Origin: Lysobacterales bacterium
GTDB lineage: Bacteria; Pseudomonadota; Gammaproteobacteria; Xanthomonadales; SZUA-5
Assembly: GCA_022841325.1 (NCBI GenBank)
Contig: JALHRS010000016.1
Span: forward strand, 9,094-73,093
Reading direction: 5' to 3'
DNA length: 64,000 nt
Within the stretch, counting starts at the first letter, position 1. Every line of letters starts with the position of its first letter. The notes beneath the pieces are model-generated. The model ran no database searches. It saw only the letters and a list, made by a program, of their open reading frames with translations, and was not told where the DNA came from. A program made the position numbers and the translations under genes. Shown piece after piece: positions 8,565-17,488 of this stretch.

Positions 8565-9370
8565 GGAGGACTCCGGTTGAGTGCCCAGTCGTAATCGAGG
8601 AAATCGATGTCGTATTCGCCCATCGACACCTTGCGCGCGGTGCTGTCGTCCATGCCCAGCTCCTTGCGGTAATGCGCGGCAAAGGAAGCCACCGAATCGG
8701 TGCCGCGGAAGGGGCGTTCGAAGTCCTTGCCGTACCAGTCGAAGATCTTCGACAGATACAGGACCTGCTTCATCTCATCGTAGCGGTTGCGGGAGCGGTC
8801 GCTCAGGAAACGCTCGGTCTGATCCTGCAGCTGGGCGTCGAGCTCGGCCGGCCTATAGGCCTCCGGCCGCAGCGCGGGGCATCCCACCGAGGCGCAGTTG
8901 ACAGCGAAATGGATGCGGGGATCGTCGTAATCGGCGGCGCCGCGAATCAGGCCGTGTTCGATGCCGTCCAGGTGCTGTTCCTCGCCGAACAGGGTGAAGA
9001 AGCGCTTTTTCCAGGGCGAGGTGAACAGCGAGCCCAGATCCTTGATCGATTCCGGGGTGGTCTCGGCCCGCAGGATCAGCTCGACGGTAAAGGCATTGTA
9101 GGCATTCAGCAGAAAGGCCCGGCGCTGCGCTTTCATCCAGCCATCGAATTCGCGCCGCGACACCGAACTCAGTTCCCCGAGATAGGCCTCCAGTACAGCC
9201 TGATCACGATGCATGCCTTCGTAGTCGACCTGGCTGGCGTGCCCATCGGCCGTCCACTGCACATGCTGGCCCAGCAGGCGGTTCCACGTCGAATGCTGGT
9301 GATCAAAGCCTGATTGCGCGCCGAGCGTTGTGCTCACCAGCAGCAGGAGCAGGGCCAGGACACGGTTCAC
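8561..9370 (-). CDS. exported DUF547-domain protein
   Basis: DUF547-like motifs (FLLNAYNAFTV, HFAVNCASVGCPAL). I chose the GTG at 9370 (VNRVLALLLLLVSTTLGAQS signal peptide), which forms a GTGA overlap with the arsS stop and has GGAG 7 nt upstream. The ORF-track start at 9421 would overlap arsS by 55 nt. Confidence 0.75.
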   Translation of the reverse strand: MNRVLALLLLLVSTTLGAQSGFDHQHSTWNRLLGQHVQWTADGHASQVDYEGMHRDQAVLEAYLGELSSVSRREFDGWMKAQRRAFLLNAYNAFTVELILRAETTPESIKDLGSLFTSPWKKRFFTLFGEEQHLDGIEHGLIRGAADYDDPRIHFAVNCASVGCPALRPEAYRPAELDAQLQDQTERFLSDRSRNRYDEMKQVLYLSKIFDWYGKDFERPFRGTDSVASFAAHYRKELGMDDSTARKVSMGEYDIDFLDYDWALNRSPP

Positions 9371-10320
9371 GCCAGGGCTCCGCCGCAGCTGGAGCCCTGG
9401 CCTGCGGTACAGCCGAAGCAATGCCCGGCGACGCCGATCTTGCGCGGCAGCGGAGCGTTCAGCAGATCACGCAGATGCGCCGTGCGTTCTTCGCCACCGA
9501 GCGGCAGTTTCAGCATCTGGTTGAAGTCGCAGTCGTACAGCTGCCCCTGATAGTCGACACTGATCAGGCTGCGACACATCACATTGGCGAGGTTTTCGTC
9601 GCGGTGTGCATTCACCAGGGTCTCGAAGTAGCTGTCGAACTTGCCCTTGGAGATCAGCCATGACCCAAAGCGCTGGATCGGCATGTTGGCCAGGGCAAAG
9701 AGCTCATTGAATTCGATGCCGAAATTGTCGCTGAGCAGACGCTTGTAATCGGCCTGCAACTTGTCCTGCGCCGGCGGCAGAAAGGCGCCGTTGGGGTTGT
9801 AGACCAGATTCAGTGTCAGTCCGCCGGAACGGCCATAGCCCAGCGCATTGAGCTTCTGCAGCGCCACGATCGAGGATTCGAACACGCCATTGCCGCGTTG
9901 CTCGTCGACATTGGCCTGACTGTAGCAGGGCAGCGAGGCCACCAGTTCCACGCCTTCGGCGGCCAGGAACCCGGCCACCCATTCGTAGCCGGGTTCTTCG
10001 ATGATGGTGGGGTTGAGCCGGTCCATCACGCGCATGCCGCGAGCGCGGGCGGCGCTGACCAGCCAGCGGAAATGCGGGTTCATTTCCGGGGAGCCGCCGG
10101 TGAGATCGAAAGTGGAGACTTTCAGGTGCTGGGCGACTGCCAGCGCCAGTTCCATGGTCTCGCGGTCCATCAGCTCGGTGCGCCGCGGGCCGGCATTGAC
10201 ATGGCAATGGATGCAACTGAGGTTGCACAGATAACCCAGATTCAATTGCAGCGTGTCGATGCGCTCGCGCTCGATCTGCGGAAAGGCGCGCGCCTGCAGC
10301 AAAGGCCAGGTGTCACGCAT
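9367..10320 (-). CDS. arsS: arsenosugar biosynthesis radical SAM / Cys-rich protein ArsS
   Basis: Radical SAM CX3CX2C motif (YLCNLSCIHCHV) and a C-terminal Cys cluster (CRSL..YDCDFNQ..GHCFGCTAGQGSSCGG). Lies directly downstream of arsM. Start set to the ATG at 10320 (GGAG-6 nt-ATG); the ATG at 10332 is an alternative. Confidence 0.85.
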   Translation of the reverse strand: MRDTWPLLQARAFPQIERERIDTLQLNLGYLCNLSCIHCHVNAGPRRTELMDRETMELALAVAQHLKVSTFDLTGGSPEMNPHFRWLVSAARARGMRVMDRLNPTIIEEPGYEWVAGFLAAEGVELVASLPCYSQANVDEQRGNGVFESSIVALQKLNALGYGRSGGLTLNLVYNPNGAFLPPAQDKLQADYKRLLSDNFGIEFNELFALANMPIQRFGSWLISKGKFDSYFETLVNAHRDENLANVMCRSLISVDYQGQLYDCDFNQMLKLPLGGEERTAHLRDLLNAPLPRKIGVAGHCFGCTAGQGSSCGGALA

Positions 10321-10431
10321 GGGCAGCTCCATGGATTTGCTGGACGGGAAAACCTGGTTGCACCGAAGAGGCCGCGGGTGCGCCGAGCGGATCCATGCCG
10401 GCATTGGCTACGACAACTGGGGTCATGTTCA

Positions 10432-11472
10432 TCAGCAGCAGGCTCCAGCGGCCGGCGCAGTGCTGTCGGTCGGGGCACAGTCAAACAGGCCGTAGTGCAC
10501 CAGTTTGTCACCCTGCAGCCGGAAATGTCTGGCGTAGCGCGTGCCGGCCAGCATGTCGAAGGTGTTGCCGCAGACCAGCATCGGGCGCCCGGTCTGCAAG
10601 CGATGGTGATCGTCCAGTTCAAAGGCATGCGGCAGATTCGGCATGGTGCCGAGATAGGTGGCAATCTGGCCGTAGTCTTCGCAGCGATCTTCCAGTGGCA
10701 GCTTGAAGGCGCGAATGGTGATGGAGCGGAAGTTGATCATGCCGATCTTCGCGATCACGGCCTCATCGAACAAGGGCACCGGACTGCTGCTGACCACGCG
10801 GGCATCGGCACAGCCGGCGGTGGCGAGCATGCGCCGGAAGTCTTCGGTATAGAGGGCGCCGGACAGACACTCGCCCAGCAGCACCGGGTCGTGTCGCAGG
10901 GACTCGGGAATGCGGCGATCGGCAAAGACGTCAGAGAAGTACAGCTCCCCGCCAGGCTTGAGTACCCGCATGATCTCGCTGAACACGCGGCCTTTCTCCG
11001 GCGACAGGTTGAGCACGCAGTTCGACACCACGACATCGATGCTGGCGTCAGTAATGCCGCAGCCGGCCAGATCCTCGATGTAGCCTTCAATGAAATCGAC
11101 GTTGCTGCGGGCATGCCCGAAGCGTTGGACATGCCATTGCTGATGGGTACGGGCGACGGCCAGCTGTTCGGCCGTCATGTCCACACCGATCACTCGACCG
11201 TGCTCGCCCACCAGCCTGGACAGCAGATAGGCATCGCGACCGCTGCCGCAGCCCAGATCCAGCACGGTCATGCCCTCCAGTGCCGGTGGCAGCGGCGAGC
11301 CGCAGCCATAGAAGCGCGCCTTGACCTCAGGGTGCACGTCCGCCAGCTGGCTCTGCAGATACGCCGGCATGGCATCCAGCGTGCAACAGGCGCCGGTCTT
11401 GAGGTCGCTGCTCGATTGCAGCACTTCCCCGTAGTAGCGACGGACGTCGTCCAGGCTTTGCTGATTGGACAT
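10432..11472 (-). CDS. arsM: arsenite S-adenosylmethionine methyltransferase
   Basis: SAM motif VLDLGCGSGRD. Conserved Cys positions (KTGACCT, FYGCGSP, SNCVLNL, GECLSGA) and a C-terminal ..GACC. GGGAG lies upstream of the ATG. Confidence 0.9.
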   Translation of the reverse strand: MSNQQSLDDVRRYYGEVLQSSSDLKTGACCTLDAMPAYLQSQLADVHPEVKARFYGCGSPLPPALEGMTVLDLGCGSGRDAYLLSRLVGEHGRVIGVDMTAEQLAVARTHQQWHVQRFGHARSNVDFIEGYIEDLAGCGITDASIDVVVSNCVLNLSPEKGRVFSEIMRVLKPGGELYFSDVFADRRIPESLRHDPVLLGECLSGALYTEDFRRMLATAGCADARVVSSSPVPLFDEAVIAKIGMINFRSITIRAFKLPLEDRCEDYGQIATYLGTMPNLPHAFELDDHHRLQTGRPMLVCGNTFDMLAGTRYARHFRLQGDKLVHYGLFDCAPTDSTAPAAGACC

Positions 11473-11740
11473 GGTGCTCCCTCGGATCAGGTGTTGTTGC
11501 CAGCATGGAAGCTACCAGATTGGCTCCGCGTCCCTGTGACGACCCGTGCTCCGGCGCTGCCGGAGAAAAGCCCCTGAGATCGGCGCGGGCAGTCAGGCCC
11601 GGGCGAGTGAACACGATCCTTGCAGGAGCGGGGCGGGGAAGGACGGTTCATGGCCGGGATGTAGCAGATGAAGAACAGGCAGACCGCCGCCAGGGCGGTT
11701 TCCTTTCAACGGACCGGAACGCAGATCATCCCGGCAGAGA

Positions 11741-11761
11741 CCCGCGCCATTGCGGCGCGGG
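11741..11761 (-). terminator. GC-rich hairpin downstream of the metalloprotease gene
   Basis: cccgcgcc-attgc-ggcgcggg, 14 nt after the stop. No clear U-tract. Confidence 0.35.
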
Positions 11762-11774
11762 CCTGAGACGAAAG

Positions 11775-13028
11775 TCAGCGGAAGCCGGCGATCGTCGCTC
11801 TGGTGTTGTTCAGCACCCGCTGGTTGTGGTGCAGGCTGGTAGTGCCCATGGGCACGCCGTTGCGGGTCTTGCCCGGGTTCGACCAGTAGTTGATGCGGGT
11901 GCAGTTGTTGCTGCAGGCATAGGCCATGATGGTGCGCCAGCCGCCCGCAGCATACTGATAGCCGTGTCCGTAGGCGTATGGCGTGCTGGTCGGGTCATTG
12001 GCGGGATCATGGCGGGCGCTCTGCAGATGGCCGACTTCATGACCGAAGCTGTAGTAGCCGGTGGCGCAGCCGTGATGGACGGCGGCAAAGGCCGTGCTGG
12101 CCGTGGAGCCGATGCCCGAAGCCAGCCCGCAGGAACTGGCATTGTCGATCATGAACATCACCACGTCGGCCGCGTTGCTGGTGCGCAGCGAGTGGATGCT
12201 GTCCAGATAACCATCGTTGGTGCCGCGGATGCGCGCCAGATCGGTCGAGAAGCTGCCCGATTCCACATAGGAAGTGGTGTAGATGCCCGCCGCCTGCATG
12301 GTGATCGAAACGCCCGAGTTGGTGTAGCCAGCATTGGTTTCGCTGATCGCCAGATTGACGAAGTTGGTGACATTGCCCACCTTGGCGGCGGCCGCGTTGG
12401 TCACCACCACCATCACGCGAATCACGGTGTTGGCCTTGGTGGCTTCTTCGCCCTCATCGTGGCCGTGGCCATCATCGACGGACTCGATCCCGATGTTCTC
12501 GATCGGCAATGACTTGTATTCGGCAGGATGCTCGGGCGGCATCTTCGATTCATCGATGGCGGCCAGCACATGCCCCGAACTCGACGGGTACAACTTGTAG
12601 AGCTGGCCGTTGATGCGGATCGTGCCGGTGATCTCGTTGCCGCCCTTGACCAGCGTGACACTGTTCAGTAGGTCGGCGGGATCGATGTCGCCGCCCGCTC
12701 GCTCCGACTTGCCACCGGCGGTGCCGTTCCAGATCAGGCTGCCATCCTCGGCGAAGCTGGCGCTGTCGCGGCGCACGCTGACCCGTTGCTTGGCGCCCAG
12801 CACGATCTCGAAGCTGTCGGTGTCATAGGCCAGCGCCGAGCTGTCCACCTGCATCGGCGTCAGGCTGATCGTGGCGCGATCGGACTGCAGTCCGTTGACG
12901 ACCTGATCGCTGCTCTTGAAACCCCCGGCCGAGGCTTGCAGCAAGGGACCGGCAGCAAATGCGGCGCCAGTGCTCAAACCCAAGGCGATGGCCAGCGCGA
13001 CGCGCCGACCGGTGTGTCGATAATTCAT
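11775..13028 (-). CDS. secreted zinc metalloprotease (metzincin, reprolysin/M12B- or M72-like)
   Basis: Signal peptide (RRVALAIALGLSTGAAFA) and the zinc-binding motif HEVGHLQSARHD (HExxHxxxxxHD). Confidence 0.75.
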   Translation of the reverse strand: MNYRHTGRRVALAIALGLSTGAAFAAGPLLQASAGGFKSSDQVVNGLQSDRATISLTPMQVDSSALAYDTDSFEIVLGAKQRVSVRRDSASFAEDGSLIWNGTAGGKSERAGGDIDPADLLNSVTLVKGGNEITGTIRINGQLYKLYPSSSGHVLAAIDESKMPPEHPAEYKSLPIENIGIESVDDGHGHDEGEEATKANTVIRVMVVVTNAAAAKVGNVTNFVNLAISETNAGYTNSGVSITMQAAGIYTTSYVESGSFSTDLARIRGTNDGYLDSIHSLRTSNAADVVMFMIDNASSCGLASGIGSTASTAFAAVHHGCATGYYSFGHEVGHLQSARHDPANDPTSTPYAYGHGYQYAAGGWRTIMAYACSNNCTRINYWSNPGKTRNGVPMGTTSLHHNQRVLNNTRATIAGFR

Positions 13029-13233
13029 GGATGAATCCCCAAAGCAAAGTTGAAATGACGGCCCACCGTCGAAGGCTCAAGAGCTGTGTCCTGGATCCCC
13101 ATCCGCGACACTTTTCACCTACACGGCGGAAGGCTTATCCGCCGAATTGATGAGGTCGTCAATATGCAATGCAGCAATGTGCTAGCGTGATAGCACAATG
13201 GAATTGTGGTGGGCCGGTTCAGAGGCTGAAAGC

Positions 13234-13457
13234 GGGGCGCGGGGCAGGGGGCAGGTGCTACGAAGAGGGCCGAAGGTTTCGCGCCTTTGTGGGTCCAGAC
13301 TTGTCTGGACGCTGTCCTTCGACCCGGTCAGTAGCCTTTGTGGGTCCAGACTTGTCTAGGTGCTTCTGGTCAGGTGCTCAAGAAGCCTCCAGACACGTCG
13401 GGACTGACAAGAGCCCAGGGCTCGTAGCCTTTCCCTGTGCCCCGTGCCCCGTGCCCC
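13234..13457. repeat. heptamer-armed composite palindromic element (copy A)
   Basis: Left arm ggggcgc-ggggcag-ggggcag-gtgctac. Two internal P modules (gtgggtccagacttgtctggacgc at 13289-13312 and a partial copy at 13340-13360). Right arm gtagcctttccc followed by (gtgcccc)x3. Confidence 0.8.
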
Positions 13458-13549
13458 ATTCAGCCACCTTAATCTCTACGCCCCGGGTGCCGTGATAACG
13501 TGAGCACATCCAGCCGGCACGCCGGCAATTCGAAGTTTTTGGAGGCCTC

Positions 13550-14059
13550 ATGCGTACCCTGATCCTTAGCGGCTGCGTGCTGGCGGCAGCCTTGTTGCTG
13601 GCCAACCCTGCACCCGCCGCTGACAACGGTCCGGTGACCGTGGTTTTTGTCCAGCCCGAGACGTTCACCGACGTGCGGGATCGCCAGTTCGCGAGTCCCC
13701 CCGACAGGAACCCCAACCTCAGTGGCCTGCAGCGTTACCTAGAGACCCGCGGCAAGCGCTATCTGGCTGGCGGTCAGCATCTGAAGATCGAGTTCACGGA
13801 TATCGACCTCGCCGGCGATCACCGCGCCCAGACCAATTTCGAACTGGCCGATGTGCGTCTGGTCACCAGCCTGTATCCGCCCCGGCTGGAGTTCAACTAC
13901 AGCTTGACCGACGCCTCCGGCGCCACGCTCAAGTCCGGCACGGTCAAGCTCCGCGATCTCGCCTTCGACAGCAGCTCCACCGGCACCGCCAGCGGCCCGC
14001 TGCGTTACGAGCAGCGCATGCTGGACAAGTGGCTGCGGCAGGAGATTCGCGGGCAGTAG
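13550..14059 (+). CDS. DUF3016-like secreted protein
   Basis: 169-aa ORF with a signal peptide and GGAGG 5 nt upstream. The pattern VTVVFVQPETFTDVRD...IEFTDIDLAGD is recalled from DUF3016. Confidence 0.6.
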   Translation: MRTLILSGCVLAAALLLANPAPAADNGPVTVVFVQPETFTDVRDRQFASPPDRNPNLSGLQRYLETRGKRYLAGGQHLKIEFTDIDLAGDHRAQTNFELADVRLVTSLYPPRLEFNYSLTDASGATLKSGTVKLRDLAFDSSSTGTASGPLRYEQRMLDKWLRQEIRGQ

Positions 14060-14097
14060 GGCCATCGGCGCAGCAGGAGGCGCCAGCCAAGCGCGGC

Positions 14098-14149
14098 GTG
14101 CCCAACAATAACCGCCGGTGTTGGGCACGCTGCGCTTAGCCCAAGCTAC
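14098..14149. repeat. family Q element (GTGCCCAACA...GTTGGGCACGCTGCGCTTAGCCCAAGCTAC)
   Basis: Related copies at 27873-27941 (an inverted pair) and 59001-59033 (degenerate). Confidence 0.7.
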
Positions 14150-14221
14150 AGTTCATGGCCCGCGGGCAGTTTCGGGACGGAACAGGTGGCTCGCAACGAC
14201 GACGGTTTCGCGCTTCTGCAG

Positions 14222-14246
14222 CTCCAGACAAGTCTGGACCTGCGAA
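14222..14246. repeat. family P module (CTCCAGACAAGTCTGGACC)
   Basis: Contains the GTCCAGAC..GTCTGGAC palindrome seen in five other places. Confidence 0.7.
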
Positions 14247-14297
14247 GACACCGCTCTGCCCCGTTTCCGGTTTCCCGTGCCACGTTCTCCTTCCCGG

Positions 14298-14418
14298 CGT
14301 CATTGCGACCCCGGACTTGGTCCGGGGGAAGCAATCCAGAAGCAGAGTCTCAAGTTACTGGATTGCTTCGTCCCGCCACGCTGCGCTCGCGGCTAAAGGC
14401 ACGCTCCTCGCAATGACG
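14298..14418. repeat. family R MITE-like element (121-bp variant)
   Basis: cgtcattgcgaccccggacttggtccgggggaagcaatcc ... ggattgcttcg ... ctcgcaatgacg. Confidence 0.8.
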
Positions 14419-14438
14419 CCATTGTGTGAGACTTTCCC

Positions 14439-14466
14439 GTGCCCCGTGCCCCGTGCCCCGTGCCCC
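14439..14466. repeat. (GTGCCCC)x4 tandem heptamer array
   Basis: Counted directly. Ends 5 nt from the stop codon of the minus-strand Pat-like gene. Confidence 0.9.
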
Positions 14467-14471
14467 GACGT

Positions 14472-16838
14472 TCACAGCGCCAGCGTCAACCGGATCAGAT
14501 GGTCCTTCAACTCTTCGTGGAATCCGAGCTTGCGGGCCAACGCGCGCATGGCCCTGTTTTCCGGCAGGGTGTCGCCGTAGATCTGGCGCATGCCGGCGGT
14601 GCGAGTGAGTTCGATGATGTGCATCATCAATCGCGTGCCCAGGCCCTGGCCGGCGAGTTGTTTGGGGATGACGATGGCAAATTCGGCGCGGCCGAGGGCG
14701 GGTTCGAAGCTGGCTCGGACGACGCCGAAGAGCTTGGCCTGGCCTGGCGGTTCCAGGTCGGCCAGCACCAGCGCGATTTCGCGGTCGTAGTCGAGTTGGG
14801 TCAGCCGCGCCGCCAGATCGTGGGTCAGTGATTTCAGCGGATACAGAAAGCGCATCCGCACTTCCTCGGGGCTGAGCTGGGTGAAGCCTTCCTGCAGCGC
14901 CGGTTCGTCCTCGGCGCGCACGGCACGCAGCAGCACTTGCTGGCCATCGGCCAGTCGTAGTGGCAGCGCCAGATTCCAGGGGTAGGTGGCGAAGGCGCTG
15001 CTGGCACGTCCTGCCTCCGGACTCCATTCAAACTGCAGATGCGCTTCGATCTCGCCACCCGGGATCAGGTGCACGCCTTCCAGTTCGATCTGAGCAATCT
15101 CGCTGCGCTCGACCATCAACTCGGCCATCTGCAACAGATGGCTCTGCAGCGTGGCCCGCAAATCGGTGTCGGCACCGGCAGGCCCCCAGCCGCGTTCGAT
15201 CAGACGATCGGCGCGCAAGCGATCCAGCGGCAGGCACTCGATGTGTTGTCGTCCGGGACTCTGGGCAATGGCATAGGGGCCGAGGCTGGCGTGGCTGCGC
15301 AGACCCAGACTCGGCGATTCGCCGCGGCGAGCCCGATTCCAGTGCACATCCACGCCGATGGAGGCCAGCAGGGCAGGCCCGAGTTTCTGTGGATCAGATC
15401 CCAGCTTCACCACCAGCCTGGAGAGCTCGGCGGCGTCGACGCTGGGCCAGCGCAGCAGCGGCGGCGGGGTCTGGGTCAGTTCGACCTTCTGCTGGTAATG
15501 CCTGCGGTTCAGGCCGTAGGCGCGTACCGCAGCCTCGGGTGTGGGAAAAGCGGCGATGCCGCGCTCACTGAGGATGCGTCTTGCATGCTGCTGTTCGGCG
15601 CCAGCGAAAGCCGCCAGCACCAGGGCCTGACCACGGGCCACCGGCTCCAGCGCCTCGGCGATCTCGCTGCCGCTGCTGAAACTGGTGGGATGGTGCAGCA
15701 GCAGCACGACATCGGTATCGGCATCGTCGGCCAGCGCTGCCGTGGCTGCGGCATAACGTCTGGGGCCGGCGTCGCGCATCAGATCCAGCGGATTGCTGAC
15801 CGGCGAGCGTGCCGGCATCAGCGTCTTCAGTGCCTTGAGGGTGTCGGCCGTGGGCTGGGCCAGCGTGCCCCCGGACTGGATCACGGCATCGGCGGCCAGA
15901 GCCCCGAGGGCACTGCCGTTGCCGGCGATGAAGAAGCGTGAGCCGGCGTGCGGCCAGGCCGGCAGATCGACATTGGCGGCGGCGCAGAATTCCTCGAGGT
16001 CGCGTGCCTGCAGCATGCCGGCGCGCAAGAAGGCGGCGTGGTGTACGGCATCGGACAGCGTGGCTTCGGGGTCACCGGGGGCGCGACCGGCTTCCTGCGG
16101 CTTCAGCACGACCAGCGGTTTGCGGAATCCCAGGGTTCGCGCCGCCGACAGCAGGCGGCGGGTGTTACCGAGGTGCTCCACATGTACCAGCACGGCGCGG
16201 GTATCGGGGTCGCGGGCAAACCAGTTCAGGCAGTCGGCGATGTCCACGTCGAGTTCGTCGCCCAGGCTGATCAGGGCCGACATGCCGATGCCGCGCTGAG
16301 CGGCCCAGTCGGCCATGACCCCCGAGACCGCGCCCGAGGTAGAGACGAAACCAATACCGCCCGGCGGTGGCAGCGCCGGGCACAGGCTCAGATTGACCCC
16401 GCTGTGGGACAGGGTGATGCCCTGGCTGGCCGGTCCGATCAGGCGCAGATCGCTGCGGCTGACCTGCCGCTGCAGACGCTTGAGCAAACTCGCCCTGGAA
16501 GCCCAGGGCCAGCCGGTTTCGGTGGCGATGCCGACCACGACGGCGCCGGCGCAATGGCGTCTGGCCAGCCGCTCGGTAATTTCAGCGACGCTGGCCCAGG
16601 GCGTCATGATCAGCGCCAGATCAATGCCTGGCGGTAGCTGATCGACATCGCTGAGGCAATCCCTGCCGAAGACCTGGTCGCGCTCGCGGTTGACCAGATG
16701 CACGGCGCCGCCAAACCTTGATTCCAGCACCTGCCGGGTGAAGGCGGTGCCCAAGGAGTCGGGCTGATCGCTGGCGCCGATCAGGGCGATCGATTGTGGT
16801 GCCAACAGCCGGTCGATGCTGCGGATAGGCTCGGACAC
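14472..16838 (-). CDS. Pat/PatZ-like protein lysine acetyltransferase (CoA-binding / ADP-forming acyl-CoA synthetase-like N-terminal region plus C-terminal GNAT)
   Basis: 788 aa. N-terminal CoA-binding pattern (PQSIALIGASDQPDSLG) and C-terminal GNAT motif (QLAGQGLGTRLM). GTG start with GGGAG upstream. Confidence 0.8.
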   Translation of the reverse strand: MSEPIRSIDRLLAPQSIALIGASDQPDSLGTAFTRQVLESRFGGAVHLVNRERDQVFGRDCLSDVDQLPPGIDLALIMTPWASVAEITERLARRHCAGAVVVGIATETGWPWASRASLLKRLQRQVSRSDLRLIGPASQGITLSHSGVNLSLCPALPPPGGIGFVSTSGAVSGVMADWAAQRGIGMSALISLGDELDVDIADCLNWFARDPDTRAVLVHVEHLGNTRRLLSAARTLGFRKPLVVLKPQEAGRAPGDPEATLSDAVHHAAFLRAGMLQARDLEEFCAAANVDLPAWPHAGSRFFIAGNGSALGALAADAVIQSGGTLAQPTADTLKALKTLMPARSPVSNPLDLMRDAGPRRYAAATAALADDADTDVVLLLHHPTSFSSGSEIAEALEPVARGQALVLAAFAGAEQQHARRILSERGIAAFPTPEAAVRAYGLNRRHYQQKVELTQTPPPLLRWPSVDAAELSRLVVKLGSDPQKLGPALLASIGVDVHWNRARRGESPSLGLRSHASLGPYAIAQSPGRQHIECLPLDRLRADRLIERGWGPAGADTDLRATLQSHLLQMAELMVERSEIAQIELEGVHLIPGGEIEAHLQFEWSPEAGRASSAFATYPWNLALPLRLADGQQVLLRAVRAEDEPALQEGFTQLSPEEVRMRFLYPLKSLTHDLAARLTQLDYDREIALVLADLEPPGQAKLFGVVRASFEPALGRAEFAIVIPKQLAGQGLGTRLMMHIIELTRTAGMRQIYGDTLPENRAMRALARKLGFHEELKDHLIRLTLAL

Positions 16839-17019
16839 GGGACTCCCGCTCGAGTTTCGGCGCGTACGCCCTTGACCGGCATTATCGCGCCCGCTGTGTT
16901 GGTGCCGTCACTCCAGGCTCCGGACATCTGATTCAGCAGCGGGTTAGGCCCCATCTGCCACGCGAAGCTGACAATCAAGCGGGTATCCTCGGGCCATCCC
17001 TGGCGCGGTGGAGTTCACC

Positions 17020-17475
17020 ATGAAGCTCGAAGTCAACGGCAAGACCCACGATATCGACGCGGCAGAGGACATGCCGCTGTTGTGGGCGCTGCGCGACATC
17101 CTCGGCATGACCGGTACCAAATTCGGCTGTGGCATGGCCTTGTGTGGCGCCTGCACCGTGCATCTGGACGGCGTCGCCACGCGCTCGTGCTCGCTGCCGC
17201 TGTCGGCAGTGGCGGGAAAGAAGATCACCACCATCGAAGGTATCGCCGATGGCGACACCCTGCACGCGGTGCAGCAGGCCTGGCTGGATCTGGACGTGGT
17301 CCAGTGCGGTTACTGTCAGTCGGGCCAGATCATGAGCGCCACCGCATTGCTGGCCAGCAACAAGAAGCCCAGCGACGCCGACATCGATACCGCCATGGGC
17401 GGCAATATCTGCCGTTGCGCCACTTATCCGCGGATTCGCGCGGCCATCCACGCCGCCGCTGCCAAGCTGGCCTGA
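17020..17475 (+). CDS. (2Fe-2S)-binding small subunit of a molybdenum hydroxylase (IorA/aldehyde oxidase small subunit-like)
   Basis: Motifs [21 protein letters not shown] and NICRCATY. Start moved to the ATG at 17020 (GGAG 7 nt upstream). Confidence 0.85.
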   Translation: MKLEVNGKTHDIDAAEDMPLLWALRDILGMTGTKFGCGMALCGACTVHLDGVATRSCSLPLSAVAGKKITTIEGIADGDTLHAVQQAWLDLDVVQCGYCQSGQIMSATALLASNKKPSDADIDTAMGGNICRCATYPRIRAAIHAAAAKLA

Positions 17476-17488
17476 GCCGGAGATCGCC

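Noticed and set aside
9334-9369. Possible selenocysteine/UGA read-through at the arsS stop. The in-frame continuation reads TVSWPCSCCW*, which is Cys-rich like the ArsS tail.
   Set aside because: The continuation is simply the Leu-rich DUF547 signal-peptide region read in another frame (CTG repeats give Cys/Ser/Trp codons). I see no SECIS-like hairpin right after the UGA. The GTGA overlap with a good SD supports normal termination and reinitiation.
11677-11710. Plus-strand terminator-like hairpin (gaccgcc-gcca-gggcggtt followed by tcctttc) that might mark a small RNA between arsM and the protease gene.
   Set aside because: There is no plus-strand promoter or conserved structure I can support. 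It may simply be a second hairpin of the minus-strand protease terminator region. Transcript data would be needed.
13169-14580. Short ORFs spanning intergenic repeats. Examples: 13169-13495, 14118-14396, 14155-14580, 2966-3343, 6056-6517, 27191-27940, 27360-28079, 34868-35305, 38250-38692 and 39674-40063.
   Set aside because: Their peptides are translations of the repeat modules, and the same peptide fragments recur wherever a module recurs (RHCEERSDEAIQ, SGRAGARPSS, PCPVPRAPCPVPR, TDNRQPTTDNRQ). No start context or family similarity.
16839-17019. Moco (molybdenum cofactor) riboswitch upstream of the molybdenum hydroxylase genes.
   Set aside because: I could not find the conserved Moco-motif core sequences or a convincing multi-stem fold by eye. 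This would need an Rfam/Infernal scan (RF01055) to settle, so no claim is made.
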